64,000 nt of DNA from Elusimicrobiota bacterium (GCA_019135865.1 JAGVVD010000022.1:108204-172203); one strand, 5' to 3'. Positions 49,234-57,702 are shown, counted from the stretch's first letter. Made by a program: numbers and translations. Notes: generated by a model not told the origin, from the sequence alone.

Positions 49234-50202
49234 TCACCGGCGGCCCAGCTCGTCGAGCGCCGAAGTATCGAGCACCGAAGCGTGGGCGCCCGGCCTTTCG
49301 AAGGCCTTGGCGCGTTCGACATATCCGGCGGCGAGGAACTTCCCGAGCTCGGCGGAGGGAACGGCGGGGTCGGAATTGAGCAGGCCCAGCATGCCTCCCA
49401 TATCGTAGCCTAGCGCGTACATCAGCTCGCTCGAGCCGACCACCACGTCGGCGTAGTCCTTGACCTGCCAGGCCACCTCGGCCATCTGCATGATGCAGGA
49501 GGTCATGACGAAAGCGTCCACATGCCCGGTGGCGCGCATCAGCTCGCGCAGTTCCGGCAGCGTCACGTAATTGCCGGTCTCGGTGTCCATCAGCGTGCCT
49601 TTCTGGGCCGGCTGTTTTTTCGCGTCGAAAAAGCCGTTGCCGTGGCCGTAGATGACGAGGGCGCGGCGCGAAGAGGGGTAGGCGGCGGAGGCCCAGCGGG
49701 TAAAATCGGCTGCGGCCCGCCAGTCGCCGGTGTCGCCGGCGGGGTCCCGCCGGATTATGTCGGCGCCGAAGGCCTCGAGCGCGCTCTCGTCTATCTGCCC
49801 GCCCGAGAAGACCTTCTCCAGGGCGGCGTCCACCGCGCCCTCCGCGGCGGGTCCGCCGAGGGCTATGCGCACGGTGTCGGTAGAGACGGAACCGTCGGCT
49901 TTCAGGAAAGGAAGAGTGGCCTGCGCCACGACCCGGACCTTTTCCGAAGCGCCGACGCGCTTCATCTCCAGCAGCTGCCAGAGCAGGGCGTAGCGCAGCT
50001 GGTCGCGGGTGGTGGAATAGACCATCACGGTCCACTCGGCGGGGACGGTAGCGCCGGCATCAGGGACGACGGCCTCCGGGGCCGGCGCCGGCGCGGCGCC
50101 GATATCCGCGGCGTTCATGGAATCGAGGGCGAAGGGCGCCGCGGCGGCGGGGGCCGAGGGTATCAGAAAGGCGAGAAAGAGGACTTTGATGAAATTGGTC
50201 AT
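49234..50202 (-). CDS. clostripain-like cysteine peptidase (family C11), 3' end apparently frameshifted
   Basis: 322 aa with a signal peptide. C11 blocks are WTVMVYSTT, LVIYGHGNG (His) and FVMTSCIMQ (Cys). Coding-like sequence continues in another frame down to a TAG at 49109. Confidence 0.8.
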   Translation of the reverse strand: MTNFIKVLFLAFLIPSAPAAAAPFALDSMNAADIGAAPAPAPEAVVPDAGATVPAEWTVMVYSTTRDQLRYALLWQLLEMKRVGASEKVRVVAQATLPFLKADGSVSTDTVRIALGGPAAEGAVDAALEKVFSGGQIDESALEAFGADIIRRDPAGDTGDWRAAADFTRWASAAYPSSRRALVIYGHGNGFFDAKKQPAQKGTLMDTETGNYVTLPELRELMRATGHVDAFVMTSCIMQMAEVAWQVKDYADVVVGSSELMYALGYDMGGMLGLLNSDPAVPSAELGKFLAAGYVERAKAFERPGAHASVLDTSALDELGRR

Positions 50203-50208
50203 ATGGAT

Positions 50209-50217
50209 ATCGTATCA
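50209..50217 (-). promoter_or_regulatory. extended -10 promoter TGATACGAT, 6 nt upstream of the C11 peptidase ATG
   Basis: The minus strand reads tTGATACGATatccatATG. No Shine-Dalgarno sequence is present. Confidence 0.4.
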
Positions 50218-50265
50218 GAAAGGAAGACCACAGGCTAAGGTCTTTGGTCCCACCACGCATATAGG

Positions 50266-50300
50266 CCCAAAAAGAAAGGCCCGGGGTAGCCCCGGGCCTT
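50266..50300 (-). terminator. intrinsic terminator after the M14 carboxypeptidase gene
   Basis: A ggcccgggg/ccccgggcc stem with a 3-nt loop is followed on the minus strand by TTTCTTTTT. Confidence 0.65.
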
Positions 50301-50323
50301 CTTCGGCGGGCGCGCGGTATATC

Positions 50324-51643
50324 TCAGCGCGCCAGTTTGTACGGGTCGTCGGTGACGCTGAGCATGTACATCGCGGCCTTGATATTGTCGCCCACGACCT
50401 TCTCTATCACTCCGGCGCCGGGATAAAAACCTCCGCCGCCCCAGCGCTTGGGGGTCATTTCGAAAGTAAAAGCGAAGATGCGGCGCTGCATGTAGGCCCA
50501 GTCCGTCGTATCGCCGGTGGCGACATAGAGGTCGCTGGACTGCTGGGGGACATATCCGGTGAAGCCCGCGAAAGCCTTCGCCATGGTCTCGAAGACCTTG
50601 AGGTCGGTCTTGTTCTCCAGCGGCTCGGCCGAGCCGGCCCAGGGGTAGAGAATGAGCTCGGAGTAGGTATGGTAGGTGAGCAGCGTCTTTATATTCGGCC
50701 GGGCCAGGACGAAATCGCGGATGGCGCGGGTCTCGGGCTCGGAGAAGGCGTAAGGTCCGCAATAGGTGTCGGCCGACGGGTTGGTTGAAGAACCGGCCTC
50801 GCACCAGCGCGCATCGTAGTTGCGGTTGAGGTCCACGCCGTAACTGCCGCCGGCGTTCACGGAGCGGTTCTTGCGCCACCAGCGGTACTTGCCGGTGGCG
50901 ATATCGTACTCGGCTCCGTCGGGATTCACCGTCGGGATGATATGTATGTCGAGGGTGTCGATGTATTTGCGCGCCTCGGGGGCGTTCTTGTTCTCGAGCA
51001 GCCAGACGGCGAAGAGCAGCGCGACCTCGTTGGTCAAATGTTCCCGGGCGTGATGATTGGCCATGAAGACGGCGCCCGGCCTGGCGCTGGGAGCCGTGCC
51101 TTTCTCCGCGGGATTTATGCGCAGCGCCCAGATCTCGCGGCCCTCCACCGTCCTGCCTATGGAGAACAGCGAGGTCTCGTCGGGATGGGCGGCGGCCAGC
51201 TGCTTCAGGACCTCGACGGTCTCCCCGAAGTTATGATAAGCGGCGTCGGCGAGGGGGAAATCCTTGTCGAAATTGTAGATCGAGACCTTGTCGTCTATCC
51301 TGAAGCCCCCGGCGGAGATCTCCCGCACGGCGGACTCGCGGGCGAAACCGCGCACGACCCCTTTCTCTATCTCGACTATGTCCAGGCCCAGTTCCAGCAG
51401 GCGGGTGCGCTGATACTTGTCGGAGGCGGCCACGGTGAGCCACGAGCGGTCGTCGGCCAGCAGGGACAGGTCGTCCTTCACGACCGCCGCCTCCGGCTCG
51501 GGAAGAGCGAGCGAGGAATTGGAGACGGCCACCCGGGAGAGCAACTGCCGGAAAGACAGGCCGCTCTCCGGGTTCCTCTCACCCTCGGCGAAGACGGGGG
51601 AAATGAGGGCGCAGGCCAGGAGGAAGAAAAGGGTCTTTTTCAT
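50324..51643 (-). CDS. M14 family zinc carboxypeptidase
   Basis: 439 aa from MKKTLFFLLACAL (signal peptide). The Zn ligands lie in HHAREHLT and LTYHTYSE. The NRNYD substrate-anchoring motif is present. Confidence 0.85.
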   Translation of the reverse strand: MKKTLFFLLACALISPVFAEGERNPESGLSFRQLLSRVAVSNSSLALPEPEAAVVKDDLSLLADDRSWLTVAASDKYQRTRLLELGLDIVEIEKGVVRGFARESAVREISAGGFRIDDKVSIYNFDKDFPLADAAYHNFGETVEVLKQLAAAHPDETSLFSIGRTVEGREIWALRINPAEKGTAPSARPGAVFMANHHAREHLTNEVALLFAVWLLENKNAPEARKYIDTLDIHIIPTVNPDGAEYDIATGKYRWWRKNRSVNAGGSYGVDLNRNYDARWCEAGSSTNPSADTYCGPYAFSEPETRAIRDFVLARPNIKTLLTYHTYSELILYPWAGSAEPLENKTDLKVFETMAKAFAGFTGYVPQQSSDLYVATGDTTDWAYMQRRIFAFTFEMTPKRWGGGGFYPGAGVIEKVVGDNIKAAMYMLSVTDDPYKLAR

Positions 51644-51653
51644 AGGTACGGAC

Positions 51654-51682
51654 AATATACGATTTAAGTTGACCGCGGTCAA
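51654..51682 (-). promoter_or_regulatory. sigma70-like promoter TTGACC-17-TATATT for the M14 gene
   Basis: The minus strand reads TTGACCgcggtcaacttaaatcgTATATTgtccgtacctATG. This leaves a leader of at most a few nt. Confidence 0.5.
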
Positions 51683-51689
51683 TGACGGA

Positions 51690-52298
51690 TCATAAAAAGC
51701 CGTTCTTCCCGAGCGCCTCGCGCAGGGCGGAGTCGCCCGCGGCGCCGGCGCGCGCGTATTTGCCCAGGATGTCGTATTCGATGTTGACGGCGGAGCCGGG
51801 CCTGAGGGCGCCGAGCGCGGTATTGGCCCAGGTGTGGGGGATAATGGCGGTCCTGAAGGAGCGCGGGGTGACGGCGAAGACGGTCAGGCTGACGCCGTCG
51901 AGCGCGACGGAGCCCTTCTCGACCATGACCGCGCCGGCGCCGGTCTCCAGTACGAGGGTGAAGCTGTTGGCTTCTTTATGGACGGCGAGCAGTTTCACCG
52001 TCCCGTCTATGTGGCCGGTGACGAAATGGCCGCCGAGGCGGGCGCCGATCTTGAGCGCGCGTTCCAGGTTGAGCGGCGCGCCGGGGCCCAGCAGGCCCAG
52101 CGCGGTACGCGAGCGGGTCTCGGGGCTGAGGTCGAAGAGGGCCGCGCGGCCCTTTGCCGAGATATAAGTGAGGCAGGCGCCGTTGACGGCCACGCTCTCG
52201 CCGGTCTCCAGCTTCCAGCCGGCCGGCACTTCCACGGCCAGTCTCCCGCCGCCATATGACTTCAGCTTTCCCACCGCTTCGATTATTCCCGTGAACAT
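51690..52298 (-). CDS. ribE: riboflavin synthase alpha chain
   Basis: 202 aa starting MFTGIIE. The duplicated lumazine-binding halves are present (GESVAVNGACLT and GSVALDGVSLTV). Confidence 0.9.
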   Translation of the reverse strand: MFTGIIEAVGKLKSYGGGRLAVEVPAGWKLETGESVAVNGACLTYISAKGRAALFDLSPETRSRTALGLLGPGAPLNLERALKIGARLGGHFVTGHIDGTVKLLAVHKEANSFTLVLETGAGAVMVEKGSVALDGVSLTVFAVTPRSFRTAIIPHTWANTALGALRPGSAVNIEYDILGKYARAGAAGDSALREALGKNGFL

Positions 52299-52512
52299 AA
52301 GTGAAAATTATCGGGGGTCCTGTCGGCGGTTCGCTGCGAAAAAACGCGGTCGCGCACACCGTGCGCGCCGCTCCCGTTCTCGCCGCGAGCGCTCGCCCTG
52401 CGCCTCCGTTCCGCGAGAAGCGACGCGGTGTAGTACTTCGGCGCGGGCTCCGTAAGCTCGCGGCTCCGAAGGGTTTTTCTCCGCGAATCCGCCGCCACCC
52501 CCCATTGCCTCC
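52299..52512 (-). repeat. intergenic structured repeat, module 2, copy C (between ribD and ribE)
   Basis: The reverse complement shares the core of 29955-30105 and carries a roughly 45-nt internal insertion. It fills the whole 214-bp ribD-ribE gap. Confidence 0.8.
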
Positions 52513-53604
52513 TCATTTAAAAATAACCTCCAGCATCAGGTCGGGGCCGAGGCGCCGAATATCCTTCACTTCGGCCTGCACGCCCAGCGTCTTGCGGGCG
52601 GCGTTGAGCCTGTCGGGCCAGACGACGGAACTTTTAGAGTCCGTGCCGCCGATGACCATGGGCGCGATGATGCAGCAATAGCGGTCCACCAGGCCCTGGC
52701 TGATGAAGGAACCGGCGACTTTTCCGCCGCCCTCCACTAGTATGTGGCTTATCCCTATGGAGCCCAGCGCCTTGAGCAGCGCCGGCAGCGAAGGCCGCCC
52801 GTCGCGGTCCTTGGGAAGTTCCAGCACTTCGGCGTGGGCGGGGAGGCGCTTTACGGCGGCGGCCGGGGCCTTGCCGACGACGGCGACGATGACGCGGTCG
52901 TTCTTGAAGACCCGCGCTTTGGGCGGTATGCGCAGCCGGGAATCGAGTATGACCACCCAGGGCTGGCGCGGGACTTTGAAACCGCGGACATTAAGCAACG
53001 GGTCGTCCGCCAGCACCGTACCGACGCCGGCGATCACGGCGTCGGCTTCGGCGCGCAGCTTATGGGCGAAGCGGCGCGACTGCGGCGACGAGATCCAGCG
53101 CGAACGGCCGGCCGCGTCGGCTATCCTGCCGTCCAGGCTCTGGGCCGTCTTGAGCGTGACATAAGGCAGGCGGGTGCGCATATACTTGGCGAAGGCCGGA
53201 TTGAGCGCCTCGCATTCGCGGCGCAGCAGCCCCGTCTTAACCTGTATGCCCGCGGCGCGGAGTATCTCGCCGCCGCGGCAGCTGTGGCAGGGATTGGGGT
53301 CGGACGCGCCGATGAAGACGCGCGCTGCGCCGGCCGCCTTTATCGCTTCGGTGCAGGGCGGGGTCTTGCCGTGGGTGGAACAGGGCTCCAGCGTGACATA
53401 GAGGTCGGCGCCGCGGGCGCGGCCCCCGGCCTTCCTCAGCGCGGCCGCCTCGGCGTGCGGGCCGCCGAAGCAGGCGTGCCAGGCCTCGGCGATGATCCGG
53501 CCCTTTTTGGCCAGTACCGCGCCGACGATGGGATTGGGGTGGGCGCCGCAGCTGCCGCGCCGCGCCAGCGCTATCGCCCGCCGCATCAGTTCTTTATCGG
53601 TCAT
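52513..53604 (-). CDS. ribD: bifunctional riboflavin biosynthesis deaminase/reductase
   Basis: 363 aa from MTDKELMRRAI. The deaminase Zn motifs are HAEAAAL and PCSTHGKTPPC. A C-terminal reductase domain follows. Confidence 0.9.
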   Translation of the reverse strand: MTDKELMRRAIALARRGSCGAHPNPIVGAVLAKKGRIIAEAWHACFGGPHAEAAALRKAGGRARGADLYVTLEPCSTHGKTPPCTEAIKAAGAARVFIGASDPNPCHSCRGGEILRAAGIQVKTGLLRRECEALNPAFAKYMRTRLPYVTLKTAQSLDGRIADAAGRSRWISSPQSRRFAHKLRAEADAVIAGVGTVLADDPLLNVRGFKVPRQPWVVILDSRLRIPPKARVFKNDRVIVAVVGKAPAAAVKRLPAHAEVLELPKDRDGRPSLPALLKALGSIGISHILVEGGGKVAGSFISQGLVDRYCCIIAPMVIGGTDSKSSVVWPDRLNAARKTLGVQAEVKDIRRLGPDLMLEVIFK

Positions 53605-53620
53605 AGCAACAAGGAATATC

Positions 53621-53770
53621 CATGCCGGGGGCATGTCGGGGCGGCAGCGCGCGAAACACGGGCTCTCGCGCATAGCGCTCGGCCCTCCTCACTCGGCCTC
53701 CGCGCTTGCGATGCTCCGGCCTCCGTGAAGGTTTCGCTAAGCTGCCGCCCCGCCTCCCCCGGTTGTCTCC
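53621..53770 (-). repeat. intergenic structured repeat, module 2, copy E (between ribH and ribD)
   Basis: The reverse complement starts aggagacaaccgggggaggcg directly after the ribH TGA and ends catgcccccggcat, as in copy A. An internal perfect 10-bp stem pairs 53638-53647 with 53742-53751. Confidence 0.75.
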
Positions 53771-54229
53771 TCACAAATGCCGGAACAGGTCGGCCATTTC
53801 GATGGCGGCCATGGCGGCCTCGGCGCCCTTGTTGCCCTGCTTGGTGCCGCAGCGCTCGATGGCCTGCTCCAGGTTGTCCGCGGCGACGACGCCGAAAATG
53901 ACCGGTTTCTTATGGCGCATGGAGACTTCGGCCACGCCCTTGGCCGTCTCGGCCGCGACCAGGTCGAAGTGCGGGGTGTCTCCGCGGATGATGACGCCCA
54001 GGCAGATGACGGCGTCATAATTGCCGGCGGCGGCCTTGTCGGCGGCCAGCGCCAGTTCGTAGGCGCCCGGCACTTTTACCAGGGTTATGTCCTTCTCGTC
54101 GGCGCCGTGCCTCTTCAGCGTGTCGACGGCCCCGTCGGCCAGCTTGCCGGTCAGGAAGTCGTTGAACCGGGACACGGCCAGAGCGAACTTGAGTTTATCC
54201 GCTTTGAGTTTTCCTTCTATTATCTTCAT
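53771..54229 (-). CDS. ribH: 6,7-dimethyl-8-ribityllumazine synthase
   Basis: 152 aa. Conserved blocks are FALAVSRFN, VPGAYELA and VICLGVIIRGDTPHFD. Confidence 0.95.
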   Translation of the reverse strand: MKIIEGKLKADKLKFALAVSRFNDFLTGKLADGAVDTLKRHGADEKDITLVKVPGAYELALAADKAAAGNYDAVICLGVIIRGDTPHFDLVAAETAKGVAEVSMRHKKPVIFGVVAADNLEQAIERCGTKQGNKGAEAAMAAIEMADLFRHL

Positions 54230-54237
54230 TCGTCCTC

Positions 54238-55428
54238 CTAAATGAACATATGCCCGAGCTTGCGGGCCTTCGTCGCCAGATATTTCCTGTTGTGCGCGTT
54301 GGACTTCATCACCAGCGGAACGCGCTCCGCTATTTTAAGGCCGTAGCCGCCCAGACCGGCCAGCTTGCGCGGGTTGTTCGTCAGCAGCCGCAGGCGGCGG
54401 ACGCCGAGGTCGGAGAGTATCTGCGCGCCGGTGCCGTAGTCGCGCAGGTCGGCGGGAAAGCCCAGCGCCAGGTTGGCCTCGACGGTGTCGTAGCCCTTGT
54501 CCTGGAGCGCGTAGGCTTTTATCTTGTTGCCCAGTCCTATGCCCCGGCCCTCCTGGCGCATATAGAGCAGGATGCCCGAACCCTCCTTCGCTATGGCGGC
54601 CAGGGCGGCGTCGAGCTGCTCGCCGCAATCGCAGCGCCGCGAACCGAAGACATCGCCGGTCAGGCACTCGGAGTGCACCCGCACCAGCGCCGCGGGGCCG
54701 GGCTCGCCCTTCACCAGCGCGATATGCTCCAGGCCGGTGAGCTTTTCGCGGTAAACGTGCATCGTAAAAACGCCGTGGGAGGTGGGGAGCGCGGCCGTGG
54801 CGTGCTTCTCGACCAGGGTCTCGCGGCCGCGCCGGTACTTTATGAGGTCGGCGATGGTGGCCAGCTTGAGGCGGTGGCGGCGGGCGAAGGCCCTGAGCTG
54901 CGGCATGCGGGCCATGCTGCCGTCGGAGCGCATGATCTCGCAGATGACGCCGGCGGGGCGCAGGCCGGCGAGGTTAAGGAGATCGACGCAGGCCTCGGTA
55001 TGGCCGGCGCGGACCAGCACGCCGCCGGGCTTGGCGCGCAGCGGAAAAATATGTCCGGGACGGGTGAAATCGGCGGGGACGGAAGAGGGGGAAGCGAGGG
55101 CCTTCAAGGTGCGTGACCTGTCGGCGGCCGAGATCCCGGTCGTGACCCCCTTTTTGGCGTCGACGGAGATGGTCCAGGCCGTCTTGTACGGGTCGGAGTT
55201 GTCGCGCTCCATCGGGAAAAGGTCCAGGCGGCAGGCCAGGTCCGCCGAGAGCGGGCAACAGAGCAGGCCGCGCGCTTCCCTGACGATGAAATTGACCTTC
55301 TCCGGCGCGGCGAACTGCGCCGCCATGACTATATCGCCCTCGTTCTCGCGGCTCTCGTCGTCGGCCAGGACGACCATGCGGCCGTTCCTCACGTCCTTTA
55401 TTATCTCCGCTATCGGGGCGAAATCCAT
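54238..55428 (-). CDS. ribBA: bifunctional DHBP synthase / GTP cyclohydrolase II
   Basis: 396 aa. The DHBP synthase motif is [10 protein letters not shown]. The GTP cyclohydrolase II motif is [22 protein letters not shown] lies upstream. Confidence 0.95.
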   Translation of the reverse strand: MDFAPIAEIIKDVRNGRMVVLADDESRENEGDIVMAAQFAAPEKVNFIVREARGLLCCPLSADLACRLDLFPMERDNSDPYKTAWTISVDAKKGVTTGISAADRSRTLKALASPSSVPADFTRPGHIFPLRAKPGGVLVRAGHTEACVDLLNLAGLRPAGVICEIMRSDGSMARMPQLRAFARRHRLKLATIADLIKYRRGRETLVEKHATAALPTSHGVFTMHVYREKLTGLEHIALVKGEPGPAALVRVHSECLTGDVFGSRRCDCGEQLDAALAAIAKEGSGILLYMRQEGRGIGLGNKIKAYALQDKGYDTVEANLALGFPADLRDYGTGAQILSDLGVRRLRLLTNNPRKLAGLGGYGLKIAERVPLVMKSNAHNRKYLATKARKLGHMFI

Positions 55429-55440
55429 GGTCTCTCCAAT

Positions 55441-55470
55441 AAAAAAGCCCTGAAGTGATCTTCAGGGCTG
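55441..55470 (-). terminator. FMN riboswitch expression-platform terminator
   Basis: The minus strand reads AGCCCTGAAG-atca-CTTCAGGGCT followed by TTTTTT, 12 nt before the ribBA Shine-Dalgarno sequence. Confidence 0.8.
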
Positions 55471-55511
55471 GGAAAAGCCGCACAAAAACCGCGCGCGGCC
55501 TTTACATCGGT

Positions 55512-55643
55512 CCTTCTCTCATCCGGACTTTACCGTCGGCCCCGGGATCTCACCGGGTCCTGCCTCGGGCTGCCGCCCTCGGCTCGCGGGCTCGCCGCTT
55601 TCGCGGACCACCGCCGGTGGGGAATCTCGCCCCGCCCTGAAGA
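55512..55643 (-). promoter_or_regulatory. FMN riboswitch (RFN element) aptamer
   Basis: The minus strand contains the conserved RFN blocks AGGGCGGGGCGAGATTCCCCACCGGCGGT, CCCGCGAGC, GGACCCGGTGAGATCCCGGGGCCGACGGTAAAGTCCGGATGAGAGAAGG. It lies in the 5' leader of ribBA. Confidence 0.9.
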
Positions 55644-55652
55644 ACCGCTTTA

Positions 55653-55661
55653 ATTATAGCA
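55653..55661 (-). promoter_or_regulatory. extended -10 promoter TGCTATAAT for the rib operon
   Basis: The minus strand reads gtGCTATAATtaaagcg, placing a start about 7 nt downstream, just before riboswitch P1. Confidence 0.45.
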
Positions 55662-55826
55662 CTTTCCCGCGGGACCATGAACAGTTAACCGGCGCGAAAC
55701 AACTTTGTAACCGGCGTCCATTATCATTTACAATGTAGGGAAGACGCGCTCTTCCCGCCTTATGAACATGCCAGTTATCATATTCCACGTGTCCCGCCGC
55801 TTCGCGCCGCCGGCGGGGAGGCCCCT

Positions 55827-57653
55827 GTGAGCGCCGCGGAACCCCGGTCCGGGCCCGAGATCGGTTTCCTCTGGGACGCCATGTCCAGCGCCCAGGAGGA
55901 AGCCGAACGGCTTTCCGGCGACTACTCGAAGATCGTCAAGCGGACCGAGGAGCTCGATTCCCGCCTGGCCCATCTGGACCGCCTGCTGCTGGAAGCCGCC
56001 GCTCGTGAAACGGCGCTGAAGGCCGAGATCGAGGCCCTGCACGCCGCCGCCGCGGACAAGGACGAACTCGTCAAGAAGGCCGCGGGCCTGCTGCAGGCCC
56101 ACGCGGCCATGGCGGAGCGGGCGGAAAAACTCGCGGCCCTTCTCGATTCGGAAAAGGAGCGCGTGGCGCTCATGGAAGCGGAGCGCGCCGGCCTGGAAAA
56201 TTTCGCGAAAGGGGAGGAGGCCCGGGCGGCGGCGCTGGAGGAACGTTTCCGGGCCATAGCGGCCATCGAACCGCTGGCGAAAGTGCTGGACGCCGCCGCG
56301 CGGGGAGCGGAGAGCCGCGTTTCACCCGAGGAGATACTGACCAGGCTGACCTCGGCCGACGCGGAGACCGCGAAGCTTTCCGCCGCCCTGGAGGCGCGTT
56401 CCAAAGAGGCCTCCGAACTGGCGGAGAAAATAGCCGCCCTCGCGGCGGGAAAAGAAGCGGTGGAAAAGCAGCTGAAACTGACCGCGGAACGGGCGGCGGA
56501 ACTGGAAAGCGAACTGACCGCCCTCAAAGCTTCCGCCGGACGCGCGCAACTGGCGACGCGGGAAGCCGCGGACGCAGCGGACCGGGTGGACCGCGCCGCC
56601 CACGACAAACTCCTCGACAGGCTGGCCGCGGCCGAAACCGAGACCGGCAGGCTGTCCGCCCAGCTGGAGGCGCGCCTGACGGAAGCCTCCTCGCTGGCCG
56701 CCGAAATAACCGGTCTCAAGGCGGGCAAAGAGGCGCTGGAAAAAGAACTTTCGCTTGCCCGGGAACGGGCGCAGGTACTGGAGCGCGAACTGACCGCTCT
56801 TAAAGCCTCCGCAGCTGGCCCGGCCCGGGAGACGCCGGAGGCCGTGTACGACGCGGGAGGGGTGGACCGCGCTTCGCACGATAAGCTCCTCGCCAGGCTG
56901 ACCGCGGCCGAAGCCGAGACCCGCAGACTCTCCGCCGACCTGGAAACCAACATTAGAGAGGCCTCTTCCCTGGCCGGCGAGATCGTCGGACTGAAGGCGG
57001 CCAAAGAGGCGCTGGAAAAGCAGCTGACCCTGGCGGCGGAACAGACGGCGGCGCTGCAGCGCGAACTGGCCGTCGCCAAAGCCGGCGGCGGCGCGGAACA
57101 GGGACCGGGAAAAGCGCCGGCCGGTCTGGACGACGCTGAGAAGAAGCTGGCGGCGGTGCAGGCCGAACTGCTGGAGTTGCGCGGACGGGAAGAGGAACTG
57201 AGGAAAAAGGACTTCGGGCGCGAAGCCGAGCTGACCGCCCTGCGGAACCAGCTCGCGGAGGCGCAGGTCCAGATAGAACAGGAGAAGCACGACTTCGAGG
57301 AAGCCGCCAATACCGTTTTCGACCTGCAGGGCGAGACCGCCTCGCTGAGTTCCAGCCTGGAAGAAGCGCTGGCGCGGGAGAAGGCCCTCGCCGCCAGGCT
57401 CGGCGAAGGCGGCGCCCCGGCGGACACACGGGGACAGGCCGCGCTCGCCGAAAAGCTCGGCGGGGAACTGAACAGGATCTCGGAGAAACTCTCTCTTTTC
57501 AGCGGACGTCTGGCGGACCCGGAGCGCGCGGAACTGGCCGCCCTGCTCAAGGAGCTGGCCGCCGCGGCCGCGCTGCTCAAGACCTGGCGGGCCGGCGGCG
57601 GCGGGTCCGGGGCCGGAGAACCGCCGCCGACCCCGCCGACGGAACCCCGTTGA
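55827..57653 (+). CDS. Ala/Glu/Leu-rich coiled-coil protein with three about 92-aa tandem repeats
   Basis: 608 aa with a GTG start preceded by GGGGAGG. Heptad-like A/E/L composition runs throughout, with strong GC3 bias. The C-terminus is Gly/Pro-rich. Confidence 0.7.
   Translation: MSAAEPRSGPEIGFLWDAMSSAQEEAERLSGDYSKIVKRTEELDSRLAHLDRLLLEAAARETALKAEIEALHAAAADKDELVKKAAGLLQAHAAMAERAEKLAALLDSEKERVALMEAERAGLENFAKGEEARAAALEERFRAIAAIEPLAKVLDAAARGAESRVSPEEILTRLTSADAETAKLSAALEARSKEASELAEKIAALAAGKEAVEKQLKLTAERAAELESELTALKASAGRAQLATREAADAADRVDRAAHDKLLDRLAAAETETGRLSAQLEARLTEASSLAAEITGLKAGKEALEKELSLARERAQVLERELTALKASAAGPARETPEAVYDAGGVDRASHDKLLARLTAAEAETRRLSADLETNIREASSLAGEIVGLKAAKEALEKQLTLAAEQTAALQRELAVAKAGGGAEQGPGKAPAGLDDAEKKLAAVQAELLELRGREEELRKKDFGREAELTALRNQLAEAQVQIEQEKHDFEEAANTVFDLQGETASLSSSLEEALAREKALAARLGEGGAPADTRGQAALAEKLGGELNRISEKLSLFSGRLADPERAELAALLKELAAAAALLKTWRAGGGGSGAGEPPPTPPTEPR
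56313..57090 (+). repeat. intragenic tandem triplication, 276-nt period
   Basis: Units starting near 56313, 56589 and 56865 encode (H)DKLL.RL.AAE.ET.RLSA.LE....EASSLA.EI.GLKA.KEALEK.L.LA.E....L.RELTALKAS. DNA identity is about 75% by eye. Confidence 0.7.
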
Positions 57654-57702
57654 TCGCGGGCGACGGGGCTTCCCGCCCCGCTCGCCGCCCTTCCCGGCCT
57701 TT

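Noticed and set aside
55490-55645. A GC-rich intergenic block that first looked like another copy of the repeat family.
   Set aside because: It contains the conserved FMN riboswitch core and sits in the ribBA leader. It is explained as an RFN element.
56313-57090. Tandem 276-nt repeats, considered as a possible CRISPR-like or satellite array.
   Set aside because: The repeats lie in frame within a GC3-biased coiled-coil ORF. The units are contiguous with no spacers and only about 75% identical. This is an intragenic domain triplication. No CRISPR array is visible anywhere in the window.
57654-57702. A GC-rich imperfect hairpin after the coiled-coil gene, considered as its terminator.
   Set aside because: The stem needs a bulge and the T-run is only four residues, merging into the purB promoter. 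This is too weak to call.
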